NCBI GenBank assembly: GCA_020137815.1
Contig: CM035359.1
Span: 6,076,001 to 6,140,000 of the forward strand
Source of the DNA: Hormiphora californensis
Lineage: Eukaryota; Animalia; Ctenophora
Direction of reading: 5' to 3'
DNA: 64,000 bases
The position numbers were made by a program, and so were the translations under genes. This document shows positions 23,842-38,850 of this stretch, one piece after another (the first letter of the stretch is position 1; each line of letters begins with the position of its first letter). The notes beneath the pieces are model-generated. The model was not told the DNA's origin and did no database searches. It saw nothing but the letters and a program-made list of their open reading frames with translations.

Positions 23842-25599
23842 GTGAGTAATATATATGTAGCTGAAAGGGGGTGAAAGGTAAGAACGTGAGAGGTAAGGAT
23901 GTGAAAGATTTCATTTGGTTGCAAGATCTTTGAGGTCCACGCAGTAATGAGTCACATTCCTTGGTAAAACAAGAAGGTGTAATTACCTATACCTAATTCT
24001 GTATGCAAGCTAGGTATGGATTGGAAAATGATACCGTTGATGTTTCAGATTATACACGTGTTATGATTCTCGGTTAGGAGTTAGGACTGTCTAGGTTGCA
24101 TACGACTGTCTGCCGCATTGTTAACTGTCTGACTGTCTGTATTTCTGTATTTCAGGATCGAGTTTCACAAAACAGTTCTTCTGTGAATTTTAATTTCTCC
24201 CTACACACGTACACACGTAAAACAGTTTAAGTAGGGTTTTTTCTCTTCTGATGTCAGCACTCTCGACATGGCTCGCAGGATTGAATATCTCTTCCCTTCA
24301 AGTTTATCTCTCTCTCTTTTTTCTGCTTTTGTCTCTCTCTCTCTCTCTTCCTCTCTCTCTTTCTCCTCTCTCTACATTTACTTCTCTATTGCTCTATCCG
24401 GTTCTTCTCCTCTTCTGTCAATCACAATCTCTTCATTTTTCTCGTCAGTCGTCACGTAATAGTGTACTGTAGATAATCAAAGCTGTTGATTTGTCATATG
24501 GTAAAGTTCTGCTCTCGACACACTTTCTCGCATGTTTTCAGATAGTGAACTTCTTTGACCTATTATCTCTTGGCTCTAACGTGCTCAAATTCTACATTTT
24601 CAAACAGAAAGAATAATTTCTTTCCTTGAATCACTAAATTGATGCTCAGACATTTTGTTGTTCTGTCACAATCCTAATATTTGCATAATATTCTGTCCAT
24701 CAGTCAATTATAAGATACATAGATAGAAATTGCTAAAAATGCAGAGATCGTAGCCTACAAAGTACAAAACTCTCCACGAGCAAGCTGCAGGATTCGAAAT
24801 ACGTTACAGAAAGTCTCTTGTCAAGAGACTGAGCACAGACAGAAACATGAGCTGCTGCAAATTCCTGAAGGAGTAAAAAATGCAATGGAAAAAGAGTGTC
24901 ACATGTGTCACAGTACAAAAAGAGAGAGAGAGAATTATAGTAAGAAGAGAAAATAAAATGGAGCCTGTTAGTGACTTGTACTCATTTCCCCCGACACCTG
25001 GTTTTAGTGAGAGAGAGAGAGAGAGAAAGACAGAGAAGAGAGTGAGAGAGAAAAGGAAAGATCCAGAAAGAGATTTAAGAATTGGACGAATGAATAAGCC
25101 CGAGTGAACATGATGTCGTATCGATGCGGCAACTTTTGTCCCTACTTCTCTCTCCTTTTAGAGTTCTGTAATTTTGAGAGTAGAATATGTTCCTCAGTGA
25201 TATGTAAATATTTTAGGGTTGGAAAGTAACACAGTTGCCATGGCAACTATAATTTCTAATGGAGCTGGATCGCTGTTGAAAGGAATTCAACAATGCTGAT
25301 TTGGTCCGATAATTTCATTCTATATTTTTACTTTGTATCGAATTATTTTATGGTCAATATTTTCCAGCTTAAATCATGTCTTGTTTCGAACTTCTCTTAT
25401 GATCGATTGTGGTTACAATATGTCATTTCATGATGTGGCCATAGCTTGAGCTTGCCAGCGCAGTGATACTATACCTTGTAGACTGTTAACTACTTTATGT
25501 CTATGCATTACGTCGCTAGGTATGTATCATGTAGACCTATTATAGAGCTATAGGGAATGGAAGAGAGATATATATCAATATGTAAAGAGAGAGAGAGAG

Positions 25600-25645
<46 letters not shown>

Positions 25646-26344
25646 AAAGAGGGAGATAGAGAGAAGAGGCAAAAAGAGAGCTAATGTTGGTCCAATAAAC
25701 AGGACGGAGAGGTTCTGAAATCTGTCGTTCTGCTGCAGCAGCTCGGAGAGTACATTTTCCAATTATTCCCCCATTATCCTCTCCCCCAGTTGTGCACTGG
25801 ACTATACGCGTTTCCGGGAATCGTTCTTTCTTTTTCTTTCTATGTGTCCACCAACAGAGATCTCTTTTAATTTTGGTTCTCCTTTTAATTTCTCTCTACA
25901 TTTTGTATCTGATCCTGTCACAAAACACAAAATCGGTAATTTGTGAATGTTTTCTCCTACTTGGCAACCTCTTAAGACCATTGCAGCTCATGTTTCTTCC
26001 AAAACTTTGTCTCCCTCGTCTACTCACCCATTCTTCCCTCCTCTGACTAATGAACTCGACTTCCCAGTTTTATACAAACCATGCTACCTGCCCCCCCCCC
26101 CTTCTTCCTTTCTTTGTCCAAACTCCTATAATACGATCCCCAGATGAATGTACAGACCTGTTCGTCTTATCATTCCAGTCATTTGATCTCAAAGTTAGAT
26201 TATAAAAAAACATAAAAATATTAATTTGAATAATTTCGTTTCTTCTTTCGGATCGACCATGATGTTGCGATGTATCTTTTGAATTTCCTTGTTGTTGTTA
26301 TGAGACTCTTTACCAGTGTCGAGGCAGTTCTATTGTCTGGCATC

Positions 26345-26449
<105 letters not shown>

Positions 26450-28600
26450 TCGCTCCCTCTCTCTTTCTATCTATCCATCCTCCTTGCTCTCTGTTTGTTA
26501 CCGATGATCTCAGTCAAATCCGGAAGCGTTAAGGCAGCTCAAGATGGTAGTTTCCGTTCCGTTCCTCCCTTATATCAGAGCTCACTTCCAATTCGCGTAC
26601 CTTTCATGCACGTGCTCCTTAACTGACATGAAGCTCTGTGTCCGTGAACCAGTAAAATGTTTGAGTAACCGGGGTTAAACTCCCTTTACTCCCTTTAGGA
26701 AATTGCATACCTATAGGTCTAAATGGATATTAAATACAAAAGTGCCTAACATTGCTATTATATTGTTGATCGACAATTATGACTTGATTATAATAGTCGG
26801 TCTACCGATCGATTGTTTTTAAACAACCGGGTGAAGGGTCAAAACCTTTAGCTACCATTATACAGAGCCTTAAAAGGTTTTTCCCCGAACCCCCAAATTT
26901 TTTTCCCTTATTCTCTAAACAATTTTTTTTAATCCAATTTCCTAAAAAAATTCCTTAACCCTTTTTGCTTCCCCAAATTTAATTTTTTTTTTTGGAAGGA
27001 AAAAGTAGAATATTTTTCCCCCTGAAGTTTTTTTTTTTTTTAACCCCCCCTAGAAAAATGAAAAACCCCCTTCTGGTAACTTTTTAAATTATTTTTCTTC
27101 TTTTGGGAATCCATAACATTTTTTTTGAACCCGAATGGAAGTTTATAAGGGAAAAAGTTTCCCAAAAACACGCCTTAGCAAAATAAACTCATTTAATCAT
27201 TATGTGATTTGAATATTTCCGAAAAATTTTGTCCTGGCCAAATTTTTTTTTAAAAAAAAGGGGTTTAAACTAAGTGAGAAATTTTGCCATAAAAATTTTT
27301 TTTTTTTTTCTTTATCTCTTCCTCTATCTCTCTCTATCTCTATCTCTCTGTTATTTGGTGGTAAAAATAACATATTACCATTTGTTCCCGATTTATCGCT
27401 TTTGCCTTTGCACACAACCTTGTATCCGTGATCTTTGCCAAAACTCGCCTGTCCTTAGACAAATTAATGTACACCACTGTTCGGTACAGCCTCATTTAAT
27501 TTGAGGCAAATATAGCTGAGGTATAAAGAATCCTTTGCACGATGGAGGAGAGGCCAATGAGAGTACCACGCTGAGCGATGCAAAATTCATGAAGAAGAAG
27601 AAAAAGAGAAAAGCCATTTGCATTTTCCGAAGGAGAAAAAAAGGAGAAGAGAGAGAAAGGATTGGGCTTGAAGCCCCGTGGGAAAAAGGGACAAGGAAAG
27701 CTTTGGGGTGGGGGTTTTTTTTTCCCCCCCTTTTGGGGCCCATTTTTGGTCTCTGTTTTCCCCTATCTTTTCGTCTTCTTCTCTTTTCTCTGCTCTCTCT
27801 CTCCTCTCCCTCTCCCCCCTCTCTCTCTCTCTTCCTCTCTCTTCCTTTTCTTTTTTCCTCTTTTCCCCCCTCCCCCCTTCCCCTCTCTCCTCCTTTTCCC
27901 CTTTTTTCCCTTTTTTTTTTTCCCCCTTTTCCCCCCCTTTTCAATCCTTTATTTCCCCCCTTTTGTTCGTCTTTTTTCCATACCCACGCTATCTCAATTT
28001 ATTTTTTTTTCTTTAGGTCGCTTTATAAAAAACCCTTTCCAAAAACCCCATCGTTTTTAATACCGTTTAAAAAAGGCGCCCTAATGTGCCCTAATTTAAT
28101 ACTGATTGTGCCCTATAATTTGTATCAATAAAACCGTATGAACCAAAAAAATTGTGTGTTTTTTAAAGAGACTCCCCTCATTTCCACAAAGGATAAGCCC
28201 TGATTCTTTGGGGACTTTCCCGCTGCTACTACGGGAATTTGATCAAACACCTCACAGTATTAACTTCAATTTTGTGCTCATTATAATTTATGTACTTTTA
28301 AAATTAACGAAAGGGGTAGGGGGAATTCTAATCATATAGTTCTGACAAGCGATATAAGTTCAATTGTCAGTGGTTGTAATTAGCAATTACCTACACCTCG
28401 GATTGAGGGAGAGAAGGAGGAAAAGACAAATTAAGGAGGTCTCTCTCCTATTATCCAAGGTCGTCTATAGTAATTATAAATTATTGCTACTACAACCGCT
28501 ATTACTACTACTTTCATGTACTTCTTGACGGTAAAAACTGTAATTTTGTGGTTGTATAGAACCTTAAAACAGTAAAACCCTACTGCTCAGAGGAGGATAA

Positions 28601-28735
28601 CAGTCGTGCCTCGAACCTCAGGTTCAGGTCATAGCTATTCCCTTAAATCTCAGGGAATAGCCGTCACTGAAACCTGAGATCTCAGGTCTCAGTGTAAAAT
28701 AGCCGTGGCCTGAATCTGAGGTTGAGGCACGACTG
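28601..28735. mobile_element. Short MITE with internal hairpins
   Basis: TIR cagtcgtgcctc(g)aacctcag / ctgaggttgaggcacgactg; internal hairpins gctattccct..agggaatagc and cactga..tcagtg. Confidence 0.65.
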
Positions 28736-28867
28736 TTTTCCCCCAGAGGTTTATATGAACTTCATTATCAGAGTACGCAGTTGCCCAACTGTCATGTGGA
28801 AATTAACATTTGTGGATCATCATACGCAACTGGAAAATTGGTTTCCTCCATCGTTTCTCTCTCACCC

Positions 28868-28967
28868 NNNNNNNNNNNNNNNNNNNNNNNNNNNNNNNNN
28901 NNNNNNNNNNNNNNNNNNNNNNNNNNNNNNNNNNNNNNNNNNNNNNNNNNNNNNNNNNNNNNNNNNN
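28868..28967. other. Assembly gap (100 N)
   Basis: Run of N. Confidence 0.99.
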
Positions 28968-29042
28968 GTGTAGCTGGGCGATATCAGATTTAACATTGTT
29001 GATCATTCGCCAGCTACCGTAACTACTCTATCACCCTCTCTC

Positions 29043-29100
<58 letters not shown>

Positions 29101-31021
29101 CTCTCTCCTCTCCTCTCTCTCATCATCTCTCTCCCTCGCTCTCTTCGGCTCTTTCTCTCTATCTATCCCTCCTCCTTCTTGCGCTCTCTCCTCACTCCTC
29201 TGTGTAAACGTTCTCTCACAGGACCAGCTTGTGATAATTCGATATACCGTCCTAGCCTTAGTTGCATAACTTTGAGGAGAGATCTTATGTGAAATAGAGG
29301 GAGAGAGATGGAGATAGAGATCCTAGAGAGAGCCTATCTCTTATCGAATACTTCGTCTCGGATCTCTATAATCTCATCGCTATCTAGCTCTCGCTCCTAG
29401 ATCTCTCTCTCTCTGCTCTCTAGCGACTCGCCTCTCTACCTCTATAGAGAGAGATAGCATAATCAAGATGAGTTTTATGTCTAGAGCATCGAGAGGGGGG
29501 GGAAGTCTACTTCTACGCGAGATGGATTTTCTGGTTGTGTTCAACAATTTTCATATTAACAGTTCCTATAATCTTGCACACTACAGTCTAGAGTTTGTCG
29601 TACTGTTTTCCATCCAAAGTTTTCAGTTTATTGCTTACCCCGAATAACTGATCAGATATTATCTCATTTTCTCTAAAACCGTCTCACTGGCTACAATAAT
29701 GATTATTACGTTTTGTTTTTTTGTTATCCACCTCACCAAATATAGTTGAAAACATATTACAAGAGGAGCTCAAACAATATAAAACGCCATTATGACGGCT
29801 CCTGCTGCTGCACCTGCACACAATAAAAAGGGGTCCATCAATATCTCTATCTGTTTCTTTTTTACTGAACAGTTTTCAAACTCCATCCTCCGGGGCGTGG
29901 AAGAGAAGAGGGTTCGTAACAAGGGACAACCTCCACCCTATGTCTATATTAGGTAAGAGGATGATCAACTGCTATGTTTTTCTGACATAACTCTTGAATC
30001 GAGATACTCGTCTCCTTTGCATTTCCATCTCTCCAGCCTATGGTATACTTCTCTCGTCCTCCTCCATTTCTCCACTCATCTCGTATCTCTCTCCTCCTTC
30101 TCTCTCTCCTCTCTCTCTTCGCCTCTCCCTCCCCCATCTATCTCTCCTCTCTCTCTCTTCTGTCTAGTTCCTAGCTCCTATCAGTATCTCTCTTGAACAC
30201 GTTTCTCGCCATGCTTTCAACTCCCTACAAGGGCAAATAACGTTATCCGCCTGCAGAGACAGGATAGAGGAATCTGAATATAAGGGATAACATATTGGCT
30301 TCTTTTCTTCCTCTCTACTCCATACTCTCTCTCCCTACTCTCCCTCTCTCCCTACTCTCTCCTCTCTTCTCTTCATCTCTCTCATCTTTCCCTTTCTCCC
30401 CTTTCTATCTCTCTCTCCTCATCCTCCTCTCTCTCTCTCTCTCTCGTCTCTCTCTTCTCTCTCTCTCTCTCTCTCTCTCTTCGCTCTCTCTCTCTTCTCC
30501 TCCCTCTCTCCTCTCTGCGTCTCTTCTGCTGCCTCCCTCACCTCTCGCTTCCCCTCTTCTCTCTATCACTAGCACTACGTTGCTGAAAATATAAATGCTC
30601 CCATTTTTTGTAGTGGAGTGTAAATGGTGTCGCCACTGCACCATAATATGTTTCATTTTGATGATTGATTGCCGTCTGGGATTACTTCCATATAAATGGC
30701 ATATTTCTTCAAGCGGGATTGTTCAGGCATTACTGCAGCTGGTCTTGTATTGTGTTTTGTTGTTCAAATAACCGTCACAAATCTGGCTGAGAGAGAGGGA
30801 CCGCTTTTATGTTGTCACGCGTGCTAGTTTCCCGCCCGGGATCAGAGGGTTGAGCAAAGACTGGTGATACATTTTTGGGCCATATACATATGGTCCAAAA
30901 ATTCATACATGTTGGCGACTAGAATCAGTATCCTCAATCCTGATTACCCAACTGTATTTGTAGAGTTTGTTCCATACATTACCTAATCCCGTGTTCTCTC
31001 TCCCTTTAGCAGGACCTGAAA

Positions 31022-31979
31022 ATGAGTGACGAAGAGGCTGCGGTGAGGATACAGGCTCGATACAAGGGGTTCAAAGTGCGAAAAGAAATACAAGGTTGGT
31101 GGATTTCAAATATCACCTTTTAGTGATGCCAAATATAAATGAACTGATCACACTACAACCCAGTCCGTCACTGAGCACCATGTATCTCTCCTGCAACTAA
31201 ATCAACTACTGCTCATTTTGTCAGTGTCTGTATATGCAGCGAGATAGTCTAAACCTAAAGTCCTGAATTGAATCTAGCCACCCCATCTCTCCTAACCCAC
31301 CCCATGATCTCTCCTAACCCCATCAGAAACTAACCCCATCTATCTGCAGATAAGAAGGAGCAGGAACAGGCCGCAGTACGGATTCAGGCCAACTTCAGAG
31401 GTCACAAAGCCAGGAAGGAGCTAGCAGAACAGAGTGATGAACAACCATTCCCTGAAACGGATGACTTCCCAGGTAGCAACCATTAAGTTGTCTTGTCTCT
31501 TGAGACCGCGATCCTAGTGCTAGAATATAAGAACCATATGAAGGAGGACCTCCAATCTCCATTCCTCGGTTTTCATTTAGTTTTCTATCACTTCGCTAAA
31601 TTAAAGTTGTTCAGGATATACGGAAGAGGAGGAGGCTGCAATTAAAATACAGGCCAACTTCAGGGGTCACAAAGCGAGGAAGGAACTCGCTACACAAGGT
31701 AAGTTTATTCTGTATTACTCTGTCAGAGCATTGGCCTGACCCTATTCTCATTTCTCTCAGAGCGCGAGAACTGTGGTCAGAGCATTGGCCTGACAGGAGT
31801 TACTTTACCATCATCTGATATTATTGTTGCTACCATCATCCTCAATGCTAGTCTATCAATCCAGTTTCAACTGAGTACTTCCCAGCCCTTCCTTGCTATG
31901 CGTGACGTGCACAGAAAGTTTTCCATGAGTTTATTTTCTCACACTCTCATCTTTTTCAGGGCGGCTTCCAGCGCAATGA
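31022..31979 (+). CDS. Small calmodulin-binding protein with three neuromodulin/neurogranin-type IQ motifs (~99 aa from ATG 31022)
   Basis: Exons 31013/31022-31094, 31350-31472, 31615-31698, 31960-31979, all AG/GT with phase-1 joins. Translation: MSDEEAAVRIQARYKGFKVRKEIQDKKEQEQAAVRIQANFRGHKARKELAEQSDEQPFPETDDFPGYTEEEEAAIKIQANFRGHKARKELATQGRLPAQ*. Confidence 0.85.
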
Positions 31980-32061
31980 TGAATCAGATACAGTGTGTTT
32001 CTAACAAAAGATGATAATCTTCAGTCGAGGAGGCTTTCACGATAAACTGATTGGTTGAGAT

Positions 32062-32127
<66 letters not shown>

Positions 32128-33454
32128 TCTAAAATAGTTTGGCGATGGCAGTTCCTTAATTCCATATCGTCCAGACTTTTTCTGTCAAAGTTGAAGGGAT
32201 AGTCGAGTCCTGGAGGACGTACGGTTGGGGAGAGAGAAATGAGTAAACCAGATAATCCTCGAGACTGTCAGATTTAGATTCCAATTCAATTTCATTTTGA
32301 TTCATTTTGACTGACTTTAATTAACTTATAATCAGGACAAACTATTAACATGTTTTATAACTTAAAGTTAAAGTTTTAGGCAAATCTTTGAGTTAAAATT
32401 TTGATTTATTAGGTTAATTAAAGAGGATTATAATTGAGAGCTAATGGTGGAGACAGTATATAATTGTGTCTGTGTGTGTGTATTGTGTGTTACAATGTAT
32501 TGTTATGACATGACGCACAGTTTACGTTTGTTTTGAAAATTACCGCGTTTTATTTCAAAACATTTGGTACTGGAAAGTGGATACCCTGTCTGTCTTTTAC
32601 TCAACTTAGGTCTGTCTCTAACCCCTAAATAAAACCCCTTTTACTCAACTTAGGTCTGTCCTCGTTTTTATCTGATTTCGCATTGCATCATATTCCCCTT
32701 TGAAACTGCGAATGATGTCACTCAGATGACAGATCAGTTGTGTGAATCAGATACTGCCAAAAATTAAATTACCATACGTCACGGACTCACTTCACATTTT
32801 GCAGCAAACCATATCAAACTCTAGATAACGGAGTCTTCCAGCTGAGTTCAAATTTCATTGCTAAACTGCCATTCTGTTTCCAGCCAGTACAATTTGGTAA
32901 AGACGCGGTACATCATCAATTCATTCGTTATGTTCTAGAATCTAGCAACAACAGACAACTCATTTCATGTTTCATACAAATGCCAATCAGTGCACTAAGC
33001 ACTTGCAGAAATCCTGAATTCAGGCTCACGCAGCAGATAGGTCCTTGTCAGCGCACCCACTCGCACGTGCAGATGACGCCGCGCGCTTGTTTTAAACACT
33101 GATACACGAACATTCACCCTATTCATTTCTCTCCCCCTTTGCGCACCGTTTGTCGTGTAGATCTGTGCTCCCATCGTGTATTCTGCGTGTACCTACTTTG
33201 CAGTTTGTTGCTTGTTTGCTTACATTTCCGCCGTTGCAGGGCTGAGAGACAGAGCAAAGATAGAGAGATAGAAAGAGAGAAGGAGAGAGAAAGAGAGAGA
33301 AAGATCTGAGGTAGTGTGGGTGTGAGCTTCGTCGGGCGCCTATTAGCCTATCGAGATCAGTAATTGTGTATTTATTTGATCTGTTTTGCAGAATATTTTG
33401 AGTACTACTGCAGCAGTACATAATCTGAAACCAGATATTAAACTCTTCTCTACA

Positions 33455-33486
<32 letters not shown>

Positions 33487-35217
33487 GTTTTGTCAATTTG
33501 GCAATGTCAGTTATGCTGATGAGGTCAGACACGGACTCGCTCGAACCAGGAACTCACTTCAGTGTTGCGTCACCCCCTGTGGGGTGAGAGAGAGAGGGAG
33601 AGAGAGAGAGAGGGAGAGGGAGAGTAAGAGAGAGGGGAGAGAGAAGAAAGAGACAGTGACTAGACTCTTATTTCCTGGTAGTAGTATAGGGGGGCAGCCC
33701 CATTCAGTCGCGACCCCAGCAGATGTACATTGCTGCACTGCAGCTCTCTACAGCCTGCTCTACATAATATATTACTTTGTTTGTTCTTTGTTTGGCTACA
33801 CTTGTTAAATTTAGGGCAAATTAGGCTCGTTAATCACTTTTCTAATTCAAAAACTCGGCACCAGTCCCATCCTTATTATAGTACAGACTTGTACCTGCAC
33901 CCTGGTCTTGTTCTGGAGCAAGTTTGCAAGATGTTCTAACCCCTTTACATTTGTAAACAGAGTCTAGCTAGGCGAGGCTGGTATCTTTTTGGAGCAAGTA
34001 TTTGCGAGACCCACCTGCAAGTTGCAACTCTCTCTCCTAACAGCCGATTATCTCGGGCTGTCTGCAGCATTTGCAGTTGGATCTATATATGCAACCATTT
34101 GTATCACATCTCTCTCTCCCTTTCTTACCCCTATCTCTCTCCCTCTTTCTTACCCTGCCATATTCTCCGACTCTCTCCCTTTCTACATGTCCTACTCTCT
34201 CTCCCTAACCTCTGGCCGGTTAGAACATTACACATGACTTGTATTGGAAAAGGAGAGAGAGGGAGAGAGACAGGGGGATCGAGATGTCTGCATTCGATCC
34301 CTAGCTTTGCCTTTGTTCCCTATATTTATGCAATATGCACCCTTTTCAAGGCTTATTGTCGTTAACCCGCAACTCCGACACACACATCTCAGATCCCTCT
34401 TTGACACACATCTATCTACCCCTTTGACACACAAGCTATAATCACTATTCATCTCATTCCCTCCCCCTTGTTTGAGCTAAGAGATCATTTACATGACAAA
34501 TTCATTGACGCATAATAATCGAGCTATAATATAGCTACACCCTAATTATCTAGCTCTATACCCATATTGTGCAGTTATCTTGTCCCCGCCCCTCTCTCCA
34601 CAATATCTGAATAATACCACGTATCATGCGAACTCTGCTATTTCAGTTTGATCTTGGTTAGGCGTGCCCAGTATTGCAAGTAAATTGTAGATCATAAATG
34701 ATAAAGTGGCTAGATTTTAGATAGATATAGAAACATCCCGACACCGATTGGTTCATTGAAGTCGGCAGAATTGATGAAGCTGACAAAAAGGGGTCGCTAG
34801 GAATAAAGAGGGTTGCTGTTGCTACTGCTGTTGCAGCTGCTGCTCCAGCAACCGATACAATATAACCTGGTGGGGGACACCCCGTATCTTCATTTCCTTG
34901 ATTCTATAATTGGTAGGACTACTTAATCTCTAATCCCCTGCCCCTCCCCCATTTCCCATAGTTCCCATGGTTACAATCTCATTAGGACAATAGATCTAAC
35001 CCTCCCGCTCACTGTGCCCCGGGGTATAGTGTGTTATAGGAGCACGGAAACACAGTGGTCACGTGATATATAGTCACGTGATCGTACTGTGTGTATATTA
35101 TACGAGTGTGTGCACCTAGCCTCCCCCTAGTTTTGTCCCTAATTATGATGTTGTGTAGTGTGTGTACAATCATCTTTTATCTCGTCTGATCTTCCCGCCA
35201 AAATTTGTGTCATGGAG

Positions 35218-35320
35218 GTGATAAAGGGTGATAAAGGCTGATATGGAGGTGATAAAGGGTGATAAAGGGTGATAAAGGGTGATAAAGGGTGATAAAGGGT
35301 GATATGGGGGTGATAAAAGG
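35218..35320 (+). repeat. 10-bp tandem repeat (gataaagggt)n
   Basis: Direct tandem array of about 10 copies. Confidence 0.85.
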
Positions 35321-35570
35321 TGAGAAACAAACCCAAAGTTTGAGACGAGGATCACTGGGCATTTTGTTGTAGTTTTATTGTGATGGTGGGACGGTACTTT
35401 TTAGGAAGAGATACCTCTCAGAAGGAGAGAGAGAGAAAGATAGAGAGGGAGAGAGTGGTGGAGAGAGGGAGAAAAAGTAGTACGATAGGTAGATGAGAGA
35501 CAAGCTATATCCTGACATGTGTCAGACACTTCTTGCAATGGTATTGGTACCCCCCCCCTCTCTTTCGCTC

Positions 35571-35630
<60 letters not shown>

Positions 35631-37119
35631 CTCTCTCTATCTCTCTTCTCGTCGTTCACTTTTTTGTTTTTTTCGCTATTCTTTATAAATTTTTCTAATT
35701 TTTTTCAATCTCTACTTAATTGTTTCTTATTTCAGGACTTATATGGCCATGGTTGACTGAGATAAATATTTTGTAGGTCTGACTGTCATTCCATATTTGG
35801 TCATAGAACATGCCCAAATTTGGAGCGTTGTTTTGACGGCGGATGTAGTCTAATTTGGTCGAGTTCCTGGATATTAGGCAGCAGCCAATGTCACCCTCAC
35901 TCTCTATATCTCTCTTTCTTTTCTCTCTCTCTCTCTCTCACTCTGTCAAACCACACCTGATATTTCGTCTGAGAGACCGGATGCTCAATTTGCTGAGTGT
36001 CTCAGTTTTTGGTAAGCTTCAAAACGTGTAGATTTTCGATTAAAACCGACGTTAAATATTATTTTTCTAGAAAAAGCAGCATACGGAAAGAGCGTTAAAC
36101 ACGACTTTGAGTAGTTCGAAGTATTTCCTCTTTTTCAGCTAAAACTAGGCGTGTGTTTTGTGAAAGCAGCATTTCGACCATTCATTTTAGCTAGCTCTCT
36201 CTCTCACGCACTTTGACTGCTTCTAAACCGTTCCTGTGTAAATTGCCTGATCTAGTTTACCCAAATACCCACGCATGTTAGTAAGCTGGTTTGGGCTTCT
36301 TCCTTTTTAGTACAACTGTGTGGGATAGTATCGGTGAGAAACCCGTTAGATTGGGGTAACTCCGGAACTAGATATAGAGCTAACTCCGGAACTGGAAGGA
36401 AAGATTGTGTCACTGGAATTGGTTTTGAAACTAGAATAATTGTTTATCACAGGTCTTTGGCCACTAAACAAAGCGGGGTTTTGTTTACGTGACGCAAAGT
36501 TCAGGTTTTGTTCCCGTATTATATCCTGTCACTTTTTGTTACTGTCGATTTTCCTCAAAGCAGGTGCGAAACTTATTGACATATTCCTTTCTCTTTCTTC
36601 TTTCCTTTTTCTCTCTTCCCATCTCTCTTCATCTCTCTCTCCCTTCTTCCCATCTCTTCCCATCTCTCTCGGTCTCCCGTTGCCTGTCTTCATCCCTGTG
36701 TGTTTACAGTCCAACACAACACGATTTTACTGTACTAATTTAACGTGTCAGGACAACCTGCCTCTCTCTCTCTCCTGAACTCTGAAGTTTAACACGTGTT
36801 TGATTTAGGCACATATCATGTGTGAATAAAGAGTGCCTGAACTGCATTTTAACACTTATTCTGGTTGTGATAGGGTGTTATACTGTTGGTCAATCGGTAT
36901 TACAAACGACACACTGTTTCGTGAAATCTTGGAGGTGCCACCGAGTTAAATATACATTTTCTGTTGTTAGTTTAATGTTTATGTTTCTTTAGAACAACCT
37001 GATGAGTAAAATTTGCCGTTTTAGCGGTCTTAGCTTCTAAATGAGAGTACTACACGAGACGTCAGACAGATAGATTTTTTTTTGTGCGATGACAGTCGCA
37101 TTATTCTACACGCTCTCAG

Positions 37120-37211
<92 letters not shown>

Positions 37212-37774
37212 ATCTTACTTTATCTCAGCTCGTATGGTTCCCGAGCTCCCTATTGCAGCACCTTACCTCGATTCTATTGTACTCAACAACTCAAAAGAGG
37301 ACCTTCTAGAATGTAGAGGGCTATCGTTCTTGATCATTGATCAAGGCGAGTCTGCTTAAAATGCGAGGACTAAGTATGTACAAGTGCTTGACTCCCAGGC
37401 CATGAGTCCTTGCCCTATCAGTATCAACATCGGCAGATAGCTCACTGGATAAGTTTTAGAATTGTGTATCTGCAGTCAGCAGTACATCAACTATATTGAC
37501 AATGCGCTTTATGGACACATTTTAGGTCTAATCGATTAATGTTTTATGTGAAAGAGAGAGTGAGAGAGAGAGAGCGGGGAGAGAGAGAGAGAGAGAGAGA
37601 GAGCGGGGAGAGAGATAGGTGCATTGAGTTGTGGGAAACTAATGCCTTCATTGTATATTCACGTGATCGTGAGAGATCACTCAGCTACGCGAGGGATTTT
37701 AACTTTTTTAATAGCACACTCCCACCTCTCCCGCCTCTTTCTCTCTCTCTTTCTCTCTCTCTTTCTCTTTTTCT

Positions 37775-37911
<137 letters not shown>

Positions 37912-38650
37912 CCGCCACCTGGTGCATGGGTAACTCAACCCCCCATTAGCGTTGTTGTATAGCTATGATCTTGTGGCCTGAGTTACTTAGAGAGTGAGTG
38001 AGAGAGGGGTGAGTGTGTGTTCTGACTGTTCTTTAGTTTTATAGCGGTGGAAATGCGATCGCAGGAGCTCTTGTGCACTCATTTCCATTTTCCATCCGTT
38101 TCAGCCTCATATAATAGCTCGGAATGCACTTTTGAATTTGGAAAACTACTCTAATTTTGAAAGAAAGTGCATGTAGCAAAGAGATGCCTTCTTTTCTCTC
38201 TCATTATCTCACCTCCCTCATTTCTTTGTTCAGTCTGCCCTTTTATAGGGCTAGCTACTCTAACACACACTAGCACACTATTTTGTCGGCCCCTAAATAC
38301 TTTTTTGCAATATCTCTTCGAATTTGTTTCAGTTGATCTTTGTCTCCCCTTTGATTTCTGAGAGATCTCTTTAAAGTTTAACTCAACCTGCCTCTTAGTT
38401 TAATCTATCTTAGCTTTGCACCTTGATTTATCTTGTTTAAAATCTGTTTTATCGTTCATTTCTCAATGTGTTTCTGTGTTGAAATACTTCGTCGGCTTTT
38501 AAAAAAGATAAATCTAATAGTAACTTAAATTTTCTAATTTTATGATGGGGTCCACGTCCACCGCAACCACCTAACCCTGCACTGACCTTCATGAAGAAGG
38601 AGAAGTCTCTTGTCTAGACTCATTAAGATAGTCCTGTGAGGGAAGATAGT

Positions 38651-38733
<83 letters not shown>

Positions 38734-38744
38734 CTCCTCTCTCC

Positions 38745-38850
<106 letters not shown>

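Noticed and set aside
33515-33550. ctgatgag as a hammerhead ribozyme core
   Set aside because: No correctly placed GAAA and no closing stems.
34790-34880. Cysteine-string-like reading GCCCYCCCSCCSS
   Set aside because: A degenerate (tgc/tgt)n triplet repeat with a stop shortly upstream in that frame and no convincing exon chain.
35218-35320. Telomere-like repeat
   Set aside because: The unit is gataaagggt, not TTAGGG; it is short and interstitial.
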